Below are positions 18,239 through 27,695 of a stretch of DNA of 64,000 nt, piece by piece. Source of the DNA: a virus. The stretch lies in the IMG/VR virus record IMGVR_UViG_3300002138_000190, positions 26,516 to 90,515 of that record. The stretch is one strand, 5' to 3'. Under the pieces are notes generated by a model that was not told the DNA's origin, did not search any database, and saw nothing but the letters and a program-made list of their open reading frames with translations. A program made the position numbers and the translations under genes. Within the stretch, counting starts at the first letter, position 1; every line of letters begins with the position of its first letter.

Positions 18239-18424
18239 TTAATAACAAGCCTTTCTGTTTGCAGGAAGGCTTGTTTTACGCTTATCTTTTTTTGTAGGTG
18301 GTTTATTGCCCCAATCCTTATTTAAGGCTTGACCATCACCAATATCACCAATTGATTTAGTACCATCAGGACTATTATAAGAACTTGTAGCAACTTCTTT
18401 TAAATATTGATAAAATGTTAGCAT
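18239..18424 (-). CDS. Small protein with a capsid-targeting-like N-terminus (MLTFYQYLKE)
   Basis: 61 aa; TAAATA at 18435-18440 just upstream of the ATG. Confidence 0.55.
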   Translation of the reverse strand: MLTFYQYLKEVATSSYNSPDGTKSIGDIGDGQALNKDWGNKPPTKKDKRKTSLPANRKACY

Positions 18425-18441
18425 TAATTGTATATATTTAC

Positions 18442-18957
18442 ATGACTAATAAAGATTTAAAAAATTGGCATGGAATTTTAAAAATAGATGAGTTTACTGT
18501 TTTTGACAATAAAAAAATTATTTATCAAGAAAAAAATATTCACAACATGCTGCACCAACAAGGTGAGCTTTTAATACTAAATACTGTTTTTACAGGAAAT
18601 AGTGCTCCAACTTCATTTTATATTGGGTTAGACAATAGAAATACATTGGGATTTACTGATACTTTAAGTAATTTGATAGATGAGCCACTTGGTAGTGGTT
18701 ATATTAGGCAACAAATCTTACCGATACAATTGAACATTAGTTTAACATCTGGCAATAATTATCAAGTTTCTGGCCCAGTTGTAAATTTCTCAGCAACAAC
18801 AGGAATATGGGGTCCAGTTCAAAATTTATTTTTAACAACTGTGAGTTCAGAAAGCGGTGGAGTTTTAATTTCTTCTGCAAGATTATCTGAGTCACTAACT
18901 CTTAGTCCACCTAATGTTGCTAGTTTGAAATTTTCTTTTGCTTTGTCAAATTGTTAA
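18442..18957 (+). CDS. Probable virion structural protein (beta-rich, tail/baseplate accessory type)
   Basis: ATG at 18442 (track start 18415); FYIGLDNR, EPLGSGYIRQ and WGPVQNLFL segments. Confidence 0.6.
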   Translation: MTNKDLKNWHGILKIDEFTVFDNKKIIYQEKNIHNMLHQQGELLILNTVFTGNSAPTSFYIGLDNRNTLGFTDTLSNLIDEPLGSGYIRQQILPIQLNISLTSGNNYQVSGPVVNFSATTGIWGPVQNLFLTTVSSESGGVLISSARLSESLTLSPPNVASLKFSFALSNC

Positions 18958-19333
18958 AAGAAAAGTAAAAACTTTCAATTAATTCATCTTTAAATAAAAA
19001 ATTTATCATGTGTATGAAATTTACATTATTTTTTTCAACTTTATAAGTATTTAAACATTTTAAAGGTAATTGTTTTTTTAAAATATTTGTTTTTTTTAAA
19101 TTTATACAATAGTGATTATCATTGCAGCTAACAGTTTCTTTAATTGATTCATCAAATTTAATTGTGTATTGAGTAAAAATTTCAGGTATTTTATTTTCTT
19201 GTTTTATCATTAAAGAATTTGTTTCACTTAAAATACCATAAGCAATAAAACTTTGTTTGTTTTTTAATAGATCAAGGCCTATTTCATCAATCAAAATCGA
19301 ATGGTTAATTATATTAACAAAATTTGTTTTCAT
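18920..19333 (-). CDS. Hypothetical protein
   Basis: 137-aa ORF coupled to the nuclease gene by a 4-bp overlap. Confidence 0.6.
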   Translation of the reverse strand: MKTNFVNIINHSILIDEIGLDLLKNKQSFIAYGILSETNSLMIKQENKIPEIFTQYTIKFDESIKETVSCNDNHYCINLKKTNILKKQLPLKCLNTYKVEKNNVNFIHMINFLFKDELIESFYFSFNNLTKQKKISN

Positions 19334-20094
19334 GATTTATAATAAGGACAAATATCATTGTAGTCACAAAACTTACAATGGTTTCCCACATTTGCTTTTG
19401 CCTTTTCTGGTTCTTTAGTTTTAATTTCTTCAAAAGTTTCTAATAAAGTTTTTTTACATTCATCTAATGTTTTATCGTTAAAGCTTACTGATATCATATT
19501 TCCACCTTCAAGATAAAACAAAGCTAATATTATTTTATCTCCTGAAATATTAAATTTATCTCTTACAACTAAACTATAAGCTTGCATTTGCAAATCTTTT
19601 TTTATTGTATTTTTGTCTTTTCTATAAGGCCCAGTTTTAGTTGTTTTGTAATCTATGACAAAAAATTTTTCATTTTTCTTAAGAATTCTATCAATGTAGC
19701 CTTTGAGTATTGTGTTATTTGGTGGATTTAAATCATGTTTAAATTCAAATTCAGTATCACCATCAAAGCCTAAGAAATCAGTTATTTTTTTTAATTGTCT
19801 AATGTGGCTTGTTATTTTTTCATAATAACTTGTAGGCAGAGAAATTTTTGATGCTGGTTTAAATTTATCCAAGCTAATATTGCCAGTTAATATCTCTTTG
19901 GTAAAATACTCAAGTGTCTGAGATCCTTTTGAAGCAACATAAAGTTCAGCTGCTTTGTGTATTACTTGGCCATATGTGAAAAATATTTGTTGAGGTTTGT
20001 TTGAAATTACTTTAAGATGATACTTGTACTTATATTGTTGTTGGCAAGTATCCCAACATTGTTTTCTACTAACACTTAGATAATCTATTTCCAT
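19330..20094 (-). CDS. PD-(D/E)XK nuclease, Cas4/AddB-like, with predicted Fe-S ligands
   Basis: GYIDRI, VIDYKT and QMQAY motifs; N-terminal Cys plus C-terminal CKFCDYNDIC (C-x2-C-x5-C). Confidence 0.88.
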   Translation of the reverse strand: MEIDYLSVSRKQCWDTCQQQYKYKYHLKVISNKPQQIFFTYGQVIHKAAELYVASKGSQTLEYFTKEILTGNISLDKFKPASKISLPTSYYEKITSHIRQLKKITDFLGFDGDTEFEFKHDLNPPNNTILKGYIDRILKKNEKFFVIDYKTTKTGPYRKDKNTIKKDLQMQAYSLVVRDKFNISGDKIILALFYLEGGNMISVSFNDKTLDECKKTLLETFEEIKTKEPEKAKANVGNHCKFCDYNDICPYYKS

Positions 20095-20122
20095 ATATTA
20101 TTTTATGTAATGAGAAAGTAAA

Positions 20123-21127
20123 ATGCAAATTGATTCTGAAGCTTTTATAAATTGGGCAAAATCTAGATTTGATAAAGTAATTATCAAAGGTGATGAAATC
20201 AGGTTAAATTCTTTTTTTGCAGAAAAAGACAATAAATTTCATTTATGGTGTAATCCTAAAGGTGGTAAAAAAAACATTGGTTTTGGAGTATATCATTGTT
20301 TTAAAACAGATAAAAAAGGCACTTTGTTAAATTTAGTCATGGATGTTGAAAAATGTGATTTTTCAAAAGCATTGAAAATACTTAAAGGAACAATTCGAGC
20401 ATCAGATAAAAATTTAAATCAAATTTTTAATTATCAAGAAACAGATTACAGTTTGAGAAACAAAAAAATAGAAATAAAAATTCCTGATAATTGTGAAATT
20501 ATTGATGATTCTGATGATTATTATAAAAAATTAGCTAGAGATTATTTGACAAGTAGAAAAATTAATTACAATAACTTTTTTGTTTGCACTAATGGAAAGT
20601 ACAAAGGAAGGATAGTAATTCCATATTTTGATTTTGATTTTTCTTCTTTGATTTATTTTAATACAAGAGCTTTATACGATACAAAATTAAGGTACTTAGG
20701 GCCATCAAAAACAATCGGAGTTGGAAAAGAAGATGTTTTGTATTTGCCTAAAAGAATTAAAACTAACAAGATATACTTAACGGAAGGTGAGTTTGATGCC
20801 TGTTCATTAAGTTTGGCAGGATTTGATGCTATGGCTTGTGGTGGTAAAAATTTATCTGATATACAAGCTGCTATGATTGCTAATTTTGAAGTTTGTTTGT
20901 GTCTTGACTTGGATAGTGCTGGAACTCAAGCTATAAAAAACATGAAAACAAAATTAAATGCTTATAATTTAACAGGCAAAAGTGATAGATTGACTATAAT
21001 AAGACCAGCAGTTGGTTTTAAAGATTGGAATGAAATGCTTGTTAAGCATTCATCTAATATCTTGAAAACATATGTTATTAAGAATGAAAAACCCTTGGAA
21101 AATTTAGATTTTTTAAATATATTATGA
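20123..21127 (+). CDS. DNA primase (DnaG/TOPRIM type)
   Basis: GRIVIPY, YLTEGEFDA, DLDSAG and KDWNE motifs. Confidence 0.9.
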   Translation: MQIDSEAFINWAKSRFDKVIIKGDEIRLNSFFAEKDNKFHLWCNPKGGKKNIGFGVYHCFKTDKKGTLLNLVMDVEKCDFSKALKILKGTIRASDKNLNQIFNYQETDYSLRNKKIEIKIPDNCEIIDDSDDYYKKLARDYLTSRKINYNNFFVCTNGKYKGRIVIPYFDFDFSSLIYFNTRALYDTKLRYLGPSKTIGVGKEDVLYLPKRIKTNKIYLTEGEFDACSLSLAGFDAMACGGKNLSDIQAAMIANFEVCLCLDLDSAGTQAIKNMKTKLNAYNLTGKSDRLTIIRPAVGFKDWNEMLVKHSSNILKTYVIKNEKPLENLDFLNIL

Positions 21128-21369
21128 ATACAAACTTAAGTTTTTTTGTCGATAAAGTGTGCACTATATTTGTTGGCAAGACAAATAGAAATTTTACAGA
21201 AGATCAAAATTTAGCTTATTTTATAGGCAAAATTTTAAGCATAAGTGATTCTGGCATTTTAACAGAACATCCTGGTACTAAATGTAAAACTTATTTCAAC
21301 ATGCATTCTGTAATTTGTATTGCAGAAGAAAAAGTTGTAATGCAGAAGCCAGAAGTAAAAAATAATTAA
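21124..21369 (+). CDS. Small hypothetical protein, possibly Sm-like beta fold
   Basis: 81 aa, coupled to the primase gene by an ATGA overlap; alternating beta-strand pattern. Confidence 0.6.
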   Translation: MNTNLSFFVDKVCTIFVGKTNRNFTEDQNLAYFIGKILSISDSGILTEHPGTKCKTYFNMHSVICIAEEKVVMQKPEVKNN

Positions 21370-22184
21370 TTAAGTAAGAATTTTATTTCTTTAACATCAC
21401 CAGAATTAATCAAATCAATAAAACTACCATTTCTTTTTGATTTTAAAATTCTTGTTATTTTTTCTTTCGCATCATCCGTAATTACTATTCCCAAGTTTTC
21501 TATTTCTTGTGTAATTAAATCTAATTCATCTTGGAAATTATTTGGAATTTCTGCTTCTTTGGGAACATCTATAGATGATGGCTTAGGAACATCTATAGAT
21601 GATGGCTTAGGAACTCTTATAGATGCTGGTTTAGGTACTCTTATAGATGATTTAGGAGCTTCTATAGGAGATTGCTTAGTTCTTTTTTTATCTGGTATAA
21701 ATTCTGGTTTCTTTTGGGGATTTTCCTGTGAAATAAAATCCATATAACTAGGTTTATCTTGACTGGCAATTTTCAAAATATTGTTTAATTCGCTCTGAAT
21801 GTAATTTACATCAAAATTAAATTTTGTTTTGTAATTGTAGATGAATCCTTTTTTCCAAGTTGAAAATATATTTTTTACTTGTTCAAGACTTTCTTTGTCG
21901 CATATTGCTTCACTTAAAAGATTTGCTTCTTCATTTATAAATTTAAATTCTTCTAAATTTATATTTCTGTTTTCGCCTAAAAACTTATGATACCAATTTT
22001 TTATCTTGTCAAAAAAAGTTTTTTTTGCGTATGTTTTATTGTCTTTGTTTGTGCAGTAATTTAAAAAATTTTGAAAAAAATCATTTTCATCTTCAGATGT
22101 AAATATATTATCTGATTGTCTTTTCATTTTTTCAAGTTTTTCATTGATTTTACCAATGATGTTTGCAATTTTAGAAGTTTCCAT
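21366..22184 (-). CDS. Hypothetical protein with a Pro-rich 8-aa repeat
   Basis: 272 aa; contains SSIRVPKP/ASIRVPKP/SSIDVPKP/SSIDVPKE. Confidence 0.7.
   Translation of the reverse strand: METSKIANIIGKINEKLEKMKRQSDNIFTSEDENDFFQNFLNYCTNKDNKTYAKKTFFDKIKNWYHKFLGENRNINLEEFKFINEEANLLSEAICDKESLEQVKNIFSTWKKGFIYNYKTKFNFDVNYIQSELNNILKIASQDKPSYMDFISQENPQKKPEFIPDKKRTKQSPIEAPKSSIRVPKPASIRVPKPSSIDVPKPSSIDVPKEAEIPNNFQDELDLITQEIENLGIVITDDAKEKITRILKSKRNGSFIDLINSGDVKEIKFLLN
21562..21657 (-). repeat. 24-bp coding tandem repeat, about 4 copies
   Basis: On the plus strand, two identical GGAACATCTATAGATGATGGCTTA units plus two diverged units. Confidence 0.85.
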
Positions 22185-22192
22185 AAAAGTAG

Positions 22193-22648
22193 TTATTTTT
22201 TATGTCTCAAAAAACTTCCTATCTTTTTCAAAGACATTAGTTTTGAATCAAAATTGTGAAATTCACTATTGGCATATTGTAGGTTTAAGTCTTGAAATTG
22301 ATCGTTTTCTTCGTTTGAAAAGATTTCAAAAAAATAACTTTTTCCTTTTCTGCCTAATATTCTGAATTTATGCATTAACAAATATGCTGCTGCACCTAAA
22401 TCTGTAACATAATATTTAGATTCAATTGGATGATTGAAATCTTCTAATTTTTTAATTCCCATCAAACAATGATCAAAATAATGAAATTCACTTACAAGAT
22501 AGCTTATTTTTAGTTCGTCAAATTTTCTTTCATCGTTTTGATCTACTTCAAAATGAAAATCTTTTTCTTTTTTGCCTAATAAATCATATCCTTGCATCAA
22601 AATATATGCTGCTACACCTAAGTCTGAAACTGTTTTTGTAATTTTCAT
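22193..22648 (-). CDS. Protein with two tandem DUF5659-like domains (putative small DNA-binding fold)
   Basis: Internal duplication VSDLGVAAYILMQGY / VTDLGAAAYLLMHKF. ATG at 22648 overlaps the actin-like gene stop (ATGA). Confidence 0.65.
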   Translation of the reverse strand: MKITKTVSDLGVAAYILMQGYDLLGKKEKDFHFEVDQNDERKFDELKISYLVSEFHYFDHCLMGIKKLEDFNHPIESKYYVTDLGAAAYLLMHKFRILGRKGKSYFFEIFSNEENDQFQDLNLQYANSEFHNFDSKLMSLKKIGSFLRHKK

Positions 22649-23652
22649 TTGGTGGACATCTCCGCAGCTATTAAACACCCTCTTGCTACTGAAAACAGAG
22701 GATCATGAGGTCTGATTACTTTTCCAATTGGAATGCTTAATTCAGCACTTTTGATTACTTCTTCAAAAACTTCTGTGAAACCATCAATACTTGAAGTTCC
22801 TCCAGCAATAATAAAATCAATTGGATCAGATATTCTTACAGACTTGCCAGCATTTGCCAGTCCGTTTTTTATCATAGTTACTGTTTTTTCTATCATTAAC
22901 TTATATTGTGTTTGAATAGCTCTTTCGATTAAATTTTTTGGATCTTTGTTCAAGCTAACTTTCATTTTTTCTTTGTTTATAAAAGTAGCACTTTCCCCAG
23001 TAGCTCTTGCAGCTTGTTTATCAATCCAATCTCCAGAATTTACAATGGCAAATTGAAAAATTGGATTTCCATACATTGCAAAGCAAATATTAACCATCCC
23101 CCCACCAAAAGATGCTGAAATGGCAGTATAGTTCTTATCTGCTGCTTCTGCATATACAAGAGCTAATGCTTCATTAATTGGTCTTGCTTCTATCTTATTG
23201 CCATTAGTGCTTTCATAAGCATTAAATATGGCTTCTAATACCTTACTGTGATAATCAGCATCAGTTTCTTGATTTATTGCATTAGATGGGATACAGTAAT
23301 ATAATAATCCATTATCATCTAAGTCACCAATTAAACTATGAATCATAATGCTTAAAATTTGAAAAGCATCTTTTTCTTTTGGATTTACACAGCCATCTGA
23401 CATGGGTCTTTTTAATTCTAAACTTGGTAAAGTATATGCCATGTTTACTGCTGCTTCTCCTAAAGCATATGCTACCTTATCCTTTTCAATAAGGGGCACT
23501 CCTGCATTTTTCATCATGTTAAAGACAAATTTATTTTCAGTTGGGAGTTCTAAAAAAGCATTGATTTCTTTTTTATAAGAAAAATTATTTTCTTTGTTTC
23601 TATGACAACAAACTAAATTGTAAGTTCCAACATCAAAAGATATTATTTTCAT
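22645..23652 (-). CDS. Actin-like ATPase (ParM/MreB/MamK superfamily)
   Basis: Phosphate-1 SFDVGTYN, connect-1 INEALA, phosphate-2 SFGGGMVN, adenosine IAGGTS. Likely ATG at 23652 (track start 23682). Confidence 0.85.
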   Translation of the reverse strand: MKIISFDVGTYNLVCCHRNKENNFSYKKEINAFLELPTENKFVFNMMKNAGVPLIEKDKVAYALGEAAVNMAYTLPSLELKRPMSDGCVNPKEKDAFQILSIMIHSLIGDLDDNGLLYYCIPSNAINQETDADYHSKVLEAIFNAYESTNGNKIEARPINEALALVYAEAADKNYTAISASFGGGMVNICFAMYGNPIFQFAIVNSGDWIDKQAARATGESATFINKEKMKVSLNKDPKNLIERAIQTQYKLMIEKTVTMIKNGLANAGKSVRISDPIDFIIAGGTSSIDGFTEVFEEVIKSAELSIPIGKVIRPHDPLFSVARGCLIAAEMSTK

Positions 23653-23665
23653 CTTGACACTTCTT

Positions 23666-23905
23666 TCATTCTTGCTTTCCAAATTTTACTTTGTCTTTGT
23701 TTTTTATAGCTGAAAAATCTGGTACTTGCCAGATAGTTTTTTCTTCTTCTGTTTTTAATATAGTTTCTTCATTGGTTTTTTTCAAGTAACCAGATGAATT
23801 AAATTCTCCATTCATATTTACATTTAAGTCAATACTCAGATGAATTTTAATTTCTCCATCTTTTGTGATTATTTTTATGTTGTCATGATTAATATATGAT
23901 GCCAT
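23666..23905 (-). CDS. Small hypothetical protein, first gene of the actin-like operon
   Basis: 79 aa; RBS AGGA and TAAATA at 23923-23928. Confidence 0.65.
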   Translation of the reverse strand: MASYINHDNIKIITKDGEIKIHLSIDLNVNMNGEFNSSGYLKKTNEETILKTEEEKTIWQVPDFSAIKNKDKVKFGKQE

Positions 23906-23912
23906 AGATTTC

Positions 23913-24869
23913 CTAAATATTATATTTATCTAGTAATAAGTTTATTTTATCTGTTATTTCTTCTTCTGTAATCATAGTCATGCATGGTTTTTGAGGGGTA
24001 TCATGAGGAATTGGACAATTAAAATAATTCCAACAAGGCCCACCACATGGCCAGTTATTATTTTTTCGGTGTTTTTGAATTAATATGCAATCGTAATATT
24101 TACAATAAATATCTCCGTCAATATATCCAAAAATACCCAAAAGTGGCTTTTTTAGACCACCAGCACAATGTAGATGACCAGTATCAACTGATATTACTGC
24201 ATCTGCTAAGTGATGTGTTGCTATTACATCTTTGAAATTGTTAACAGTTAAAATAGGATAATTTTTATCATAAAGTCTTAAATCTTTTTGATCGTGAAGA
24301 ACCAAACAATTTATTTTTATTTTTTCTAAAAAACTAATAATAAAGTTTATTTGAAAATCGGGTAAATCTTTTGCTTGATTTGCTGAAAAAGGACAAAAAA
24401 TTATTGTTTTTCCGTTTTTAAATTTTTTAACTTCTTTCATTAATGTTTTCATTTTGTCTATGGATTCTATATTTGGATTCAAATGCATATTGTGATTTTT
24501 CAATTCAATTCCACATTTTTTAGCCCAAATATCACTTCTGTGTACAAAACATTCTTTTTTGTGTACTGATTCATAAGTAATGCATATGTCGCTTAAATTT
24601 ATTGAATTAATATAATTTTTTCTGTTGATTTTTTCATAATCTATTATTTCATCAACATAGGGATGGCTTGCAATAGAATGGTATTTAACAGGAATTGCCC
24701 AATGAATTGAGAATTCTGGATAAGTTTTTTTAATGTCTTCAAAAATCATTCTCATCATTAATATATCCCCAAAACCTCCTGTTCTTCTTCGGAACAAAAT
24801 TTGTTTACTTTTTTTGCAATAATTTTCTAAGTTAATGTCTTTTTCAAAAGTGTTTTTAAATAATGTCAT
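23913..24869 (-). CDS. Glycosyltransferase family 9 (heptosyltransferase-like, GT-B fold)
   Basis: GGFGDILM, VISVDTGHLHCAGGLKKP and the C-terminal C..PC....C...PCM..I motif. Confidence 0.88.
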   Translation of the reverse strand: MTLFKNTFEKDINLENYCKKSKQILFRRRTGGFGDILMMRMIFEDIKKTYPEFSIHWAIPVKYHSIASHPYVDEIIDYEKINRKNYINSINLSDICITYESVHKKECFVHRSDIWAKKCGIELKNHNMHLNPNIESIDKMKTLMKEVKKFKNGKTIIFCPFSANQAKDLPDFQINFIISFLEKIKINCLVLHDQKDLRLYDKNYPILTVNNFKDVIATHHLADAVISVDTGHLHCAGGLKKPLLGIFGYIDGDIYCKYYDCILIQKHRKNNNWPCGGPCWNYFNCPIPHDTPQKPCMTMITEEEITDKINLLLDKYNI

Positions 24870-24881
24870 GATCTAAAATAG

Positions 24882-24912
24882 AAAAAGAGTGCAAATAGAT
24901 TGCACTCTTTTT
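24882..24912. terminator. Rho-independent terminator after 24931..25497
   Basis: Perfect 13-bp inverted repeat AAAAAGAGTGCAA / TTGCACTCTTTTT with a 5-nt loop. Confidence 0.8.
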
Positions 24913-24930
24913 ATTTATTTTTAATTAAAA

Positions 24931-25497
24931 TTAACAGTCTATATTAACACCAGCAATAATTTGAATAGAAGCTCCAGCTGCTGTTGCTGCATTAAATGCA
25001 ATAGAAGAAACATTAATGTCACCATTGTTGAATACTTGAGTGGCACTTGCATCAATTGAAAATACAGCTGCTGTAGATCCATTTAGTTTCACATTTATTG
25101 CGGATGCTCCATTGTTGGTAATTTGGATAAAATTAGCAACACCATTGAAATTTGTTATGTAATCTACAGCGGTTACAAAACTTGTGGTAACAGTTGAAAC
25201 AGCTGTTACAATTGGAATACTGTATGGTTCATTATTTATGCAAACACCACCATCATCCTCCATAATTTCTAGGAAAGATGTTTCTTCAGTTGCAGTTCCT
25301 ATTGGTGCTGATACAAACTGTTTGTAATAATTGCTTCCGTAGAATTCAGTACCATCTGCCATTTCCATAATCTTCCCACTACAAGAAGTAATGTATGCAG
25401 TTCGTTGAATACTGGTATTAAGTTGTATATTTGTAGCTGAATTAAGATCGAGCTTGCCTTGAACACTATTATTTAATTTAACTTTGAAAAGACTCAT
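24931..25497 (-). CDS. Probable virion structural protein (beta-sandwich C-terminus)
   Basis: 188 aa, Ala/Thr/Ser/Asn-rich; strong RBS AAGGAG, upstream TAAATA and its own terminator suggest high expression. Confidence 0.7.
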   Translation of the reverse strand: MSLFKVKLNNSVQGKLDLNSATNIQLNTSIQRTAYITSCSGKIMEMADGTEFYGSNYYKQFVSAPIGTATEETSFLEIMEDDGGVCINNEPYSIPIVTAVSTVTTSFVTAVDYITNFNGVANFIQITNNGASAINVKLNGSTAAVFSIDASATQVFNNGDINVSSIAFNAATAAGASIQIIAGVNIDC

Positions 25498-25548
25498 ACA
25501 TTTCTCCTTTAATAATTTTATATTATCGTATAACTCTATTTATTGTAA

Positions 25549-26142
25549 TTAATTTAAAATTTCATGATTTGGAAACAGTTTTTTGTAAAGATTTATACTT
25601 GTTGATTTTTCATTAAATAAAAATGTTGGTATTCCATAAAAAGCTGCTGCAAATAACTCTGGTGATTCAATTCCTGTGATAGCACCTATTTCTTGTTTAT
25701 TGTTAACTTTTTCAACAATTTCATAACCTTTTTTGCACATTTCATTTTTTATTTTTGTAATTTCTAAATCTGTCAAAGACTTATTTATTGAATTTTTAAC
25801 TAATAAACATTTTTTTGAAATTTGTTTTTTAATTTCAAAATAAAAATCAAATTTTTCAAAATTAATTAAATTTTCAATTGGATTTGATATAAAATTTTCT
25901 TTTAAATCAAAAACATAACCAAACATTTGATTTTCTTGCAAAAAGGTTTTAGAAATTACATTTTTTTTACTTTTGAATTTGTCATAAATTTTTGTGTTAT
26001 AACAATAATAAATATTTAAATTTTCGTATGTTTTTTCTAATAAATCTCTTAAATTAGATAATATTACAGGATAAATAAAATTATCACCTAAATATGAAAT
26101 ACAGTAGTTTTTATAAATGTTTTTGTAATTTGATAATATCAT
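25549..26142 (-). CDS. Eroded GT9-like protein
   Basis: GAITGIESPELFAAAFYGIPTFLF resembles the GT9 vGvDSGpmHlAaAlgvPtv motif without the D-S-G and His residues. Confidence 0.45.
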   Translation of the reverse strand: MILSNYKNIYKNYCISYLGDNFIYPVILSNLRDLLEKTYENLNIYYCYNTKIYDKFKSKKNVISKTFLQENQMFGYVFDLKENFISNPIENLINFEKFDFYFEIKKQISKKCLLVKNSINKSLTDLEITKIKNEMCKKGYEIVEKVNNKQEIGAITGIESPELFAAAFYGIPTFLFNEKSTSINLYKKLFPNHEILN

Positions 26143-26155
26143 GAGTTAAAATAAT

Positions 26156-26329
26156 ATGGAAGACAATATTTTAAAAGACACAGCATCTAATTTTTTAGAT
26201 GCTGCAAATGCATTAGAAGAATTTTTAAATAATTTTGAAATAGACAGCATTGATAAAGATCAAACTGTCCAAGAAATTTTTAAAAATATTAAAAAAAATA
26301 AAAATTTACTTTTTAAAGAATTGGAATAA
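26156..26329 (+). CDS. Small hypothetical protein (57 aa), missing from the ORF track
   Basis: MEDNILKDTASNFLDAANALEEFL...KELE; its stop abuts the next ATG at 26330. Confidence 0.6.
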   Translation: MEDNILKDTASNFLDAANALEEFLNNFEIDSIDKDQTVQEIFKNIKKNKNLLFKELE

Positions 26330-26689
26330 ATGCAAAATTTTTTATACATGCCTAGAAGAGATAGAAAAGGAATGATACTTGTAATGGTGTTTGATGGAGA
26401 AAAAGTTACAAGAACCAGCATTAAAAACTTTGCAATTATTGGATTAAATAGTGAAAAAACAAAAACTTTAGAAGATTTTTATAAGCCTTATCGCATGAAT
26501 TATGATTTTGTAATAGAATCTGCTGTTGATTTTGACACTTTAAAAAAAAGACTTTTAGAAAAGGGATTTAGAAATTTACCTATTACAAATAGGCCAGTTT
26601 TTTCAAATTGGCAAAAAGAAAATCCAAAAAACTTTTTACAATCTCAAAAAATAATGTTGCAAAAAAAGAATTTGTTTGATATAAAATAA
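26330..26689 (+). CDS. Hypothetical protein
   Basis: 119-aa ORF. Confidence 0.65.
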   Translation: MQNFLYMPRRDRKGMILVMVFDGEKVTRTSIKNFAIIGLNSEKTKTLEDFYKPYRMNYDFVIESAVDFDTLKKRLLEKGFRNLPITNRPVFSNWQKENPKNFLQSQKIMLQKKNLFDIK

Positions 26690-26734
26690 TCTGGTGAAAG
26701 AATTACCCCTTTAATAGGATTGCAGGAGAAAAAT

Positions 26735-27334
26735 ATGCAAGAGACTATTTCAACGGTTAATGCTGGTTCTTGTTCTATTGGAAATCCAACCAATGTTTCA
26801 AAAGAACAAGGGCAGAAGAACTATCAAACATCAGTAAAAAACCAAGAAGATTATTATAAAAATTTAATAATATCTATATTGGCATTTTGCGTTATCGCAT
26901 TAGCAGCATTTGCTATTTTCCAAAACAATAAAATTGAAGGATTAAGTTTGGTCAATTCAGTTAATTCTGCTGGTGGAAAGCTAAACGATGATAACTTTAG
27001 AGAAGTTTATTATAATTTGCTAATGGACATTAGGAATAACAACAGGCAATCTGATGTTGAAAACAGTAAAAATGCTGGCAGGGTGGATGGAATTTTGTCA
27101 GTTATTTCCAACCAAAAACCTGATTCTAATGATTTTACTAAAATTTGGCATGAAGGATATTATCGTGGCATGAATCAATTGGAAGATGCAAGAGTTGCAG
27201 AATATGTTCGAGGTTATCATGCAGCATGTGATGATCTTAATTGTCCTTCAACTGCAAAAGAAAAAGCTTATAATGGAATTAATAATAAAATTGGTGTTGA
27301 TAACTCTGAGATACCAGTTGAAATTAAAAAGTAA
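26735..27334 (+). CDS. Single-pass membrane protein
   Basis: Hydrophobic LIISILAFCVIALAAFAIF segment; ATG at 26735 after AGGAG (track start 26720). Confidence 0.75.
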   Translation: MQETISTVNAGSCSIGNPTNVSKEQGQKNYQTSVKNQEDYYKNLIISILAFCVIALAAFAIFQNNKIEGLSLVNSVNSAGGKLNDDNFREVYYNLLMDIRNNNRQSDVENSKNAGRVDGILSVISNQKPDSNDFTKIWHEGYYRGMNQLEDARVAEYVRGYHAACDDLNCPSTAKEKAYNGINNKIGVDNSEIPVEIKK

Positions 27335-27345
27335 CCATTAATTTA

Positions 27346-27387
27346 TTATTAAAAAAGCACTATTAAAATTTAGTGCTTTTTTAATAA
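27346..27387. terminator. Bidirectional terminator between convergent genes
   Basis: Perfect 17-bp inverted repeat TTATTAAAAAAGCACTA / TAGTGCTTTTTTAATAA with an 8-nt loop. Confidence 0.75.
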
Positions 27388-27695
27388 CTTTTATGTTTTG
27401 TGTCATTTTCTTCAATTGAAAAAATTCCCTTTTTCGTCTTTATTGTTAGAATATTATTTACAGATTCAATTATTGTTCCACCATTTTTTCTAAAACATTT
27501 TGCTATTTCAAATATGTTTCCCTCATGAACTTCTATTTTTTCAATTAAAATTGAAAATTTTATTTTTGAATATACTTTTTCTGAAATGTTTTTTTCATTT
27601 TCGTTTATGGAATTTTTTTTCAACCATTTGTCAAAACCATCATAAGATAAAAAATTATTGTTGTTCATGAAAATCTTCTTTAAATTCCTCTTCAT
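27381..27695 (-). CDS. Hypothetical protein
   Basis: 104-aa ORF; likely start at 27668. Confidence 0.6.
   Translation of the reverse strand: MKRNLKKIFMNNNNFLSYDGFDKWLKKNSINENEKNISEKVYSKIKFSILIEKIEVHEGNIFEIAKCFRKNGGTIIESVNNILTIKTKKGIFSIEENDTKHKSY

Noticed and set aside
17979-18248. Poly-(HRL) ORF on the minus strand
   Set aside because: Reverse complement of the GACGATGAA array; the plus-strand acidic ORF has the RBS.
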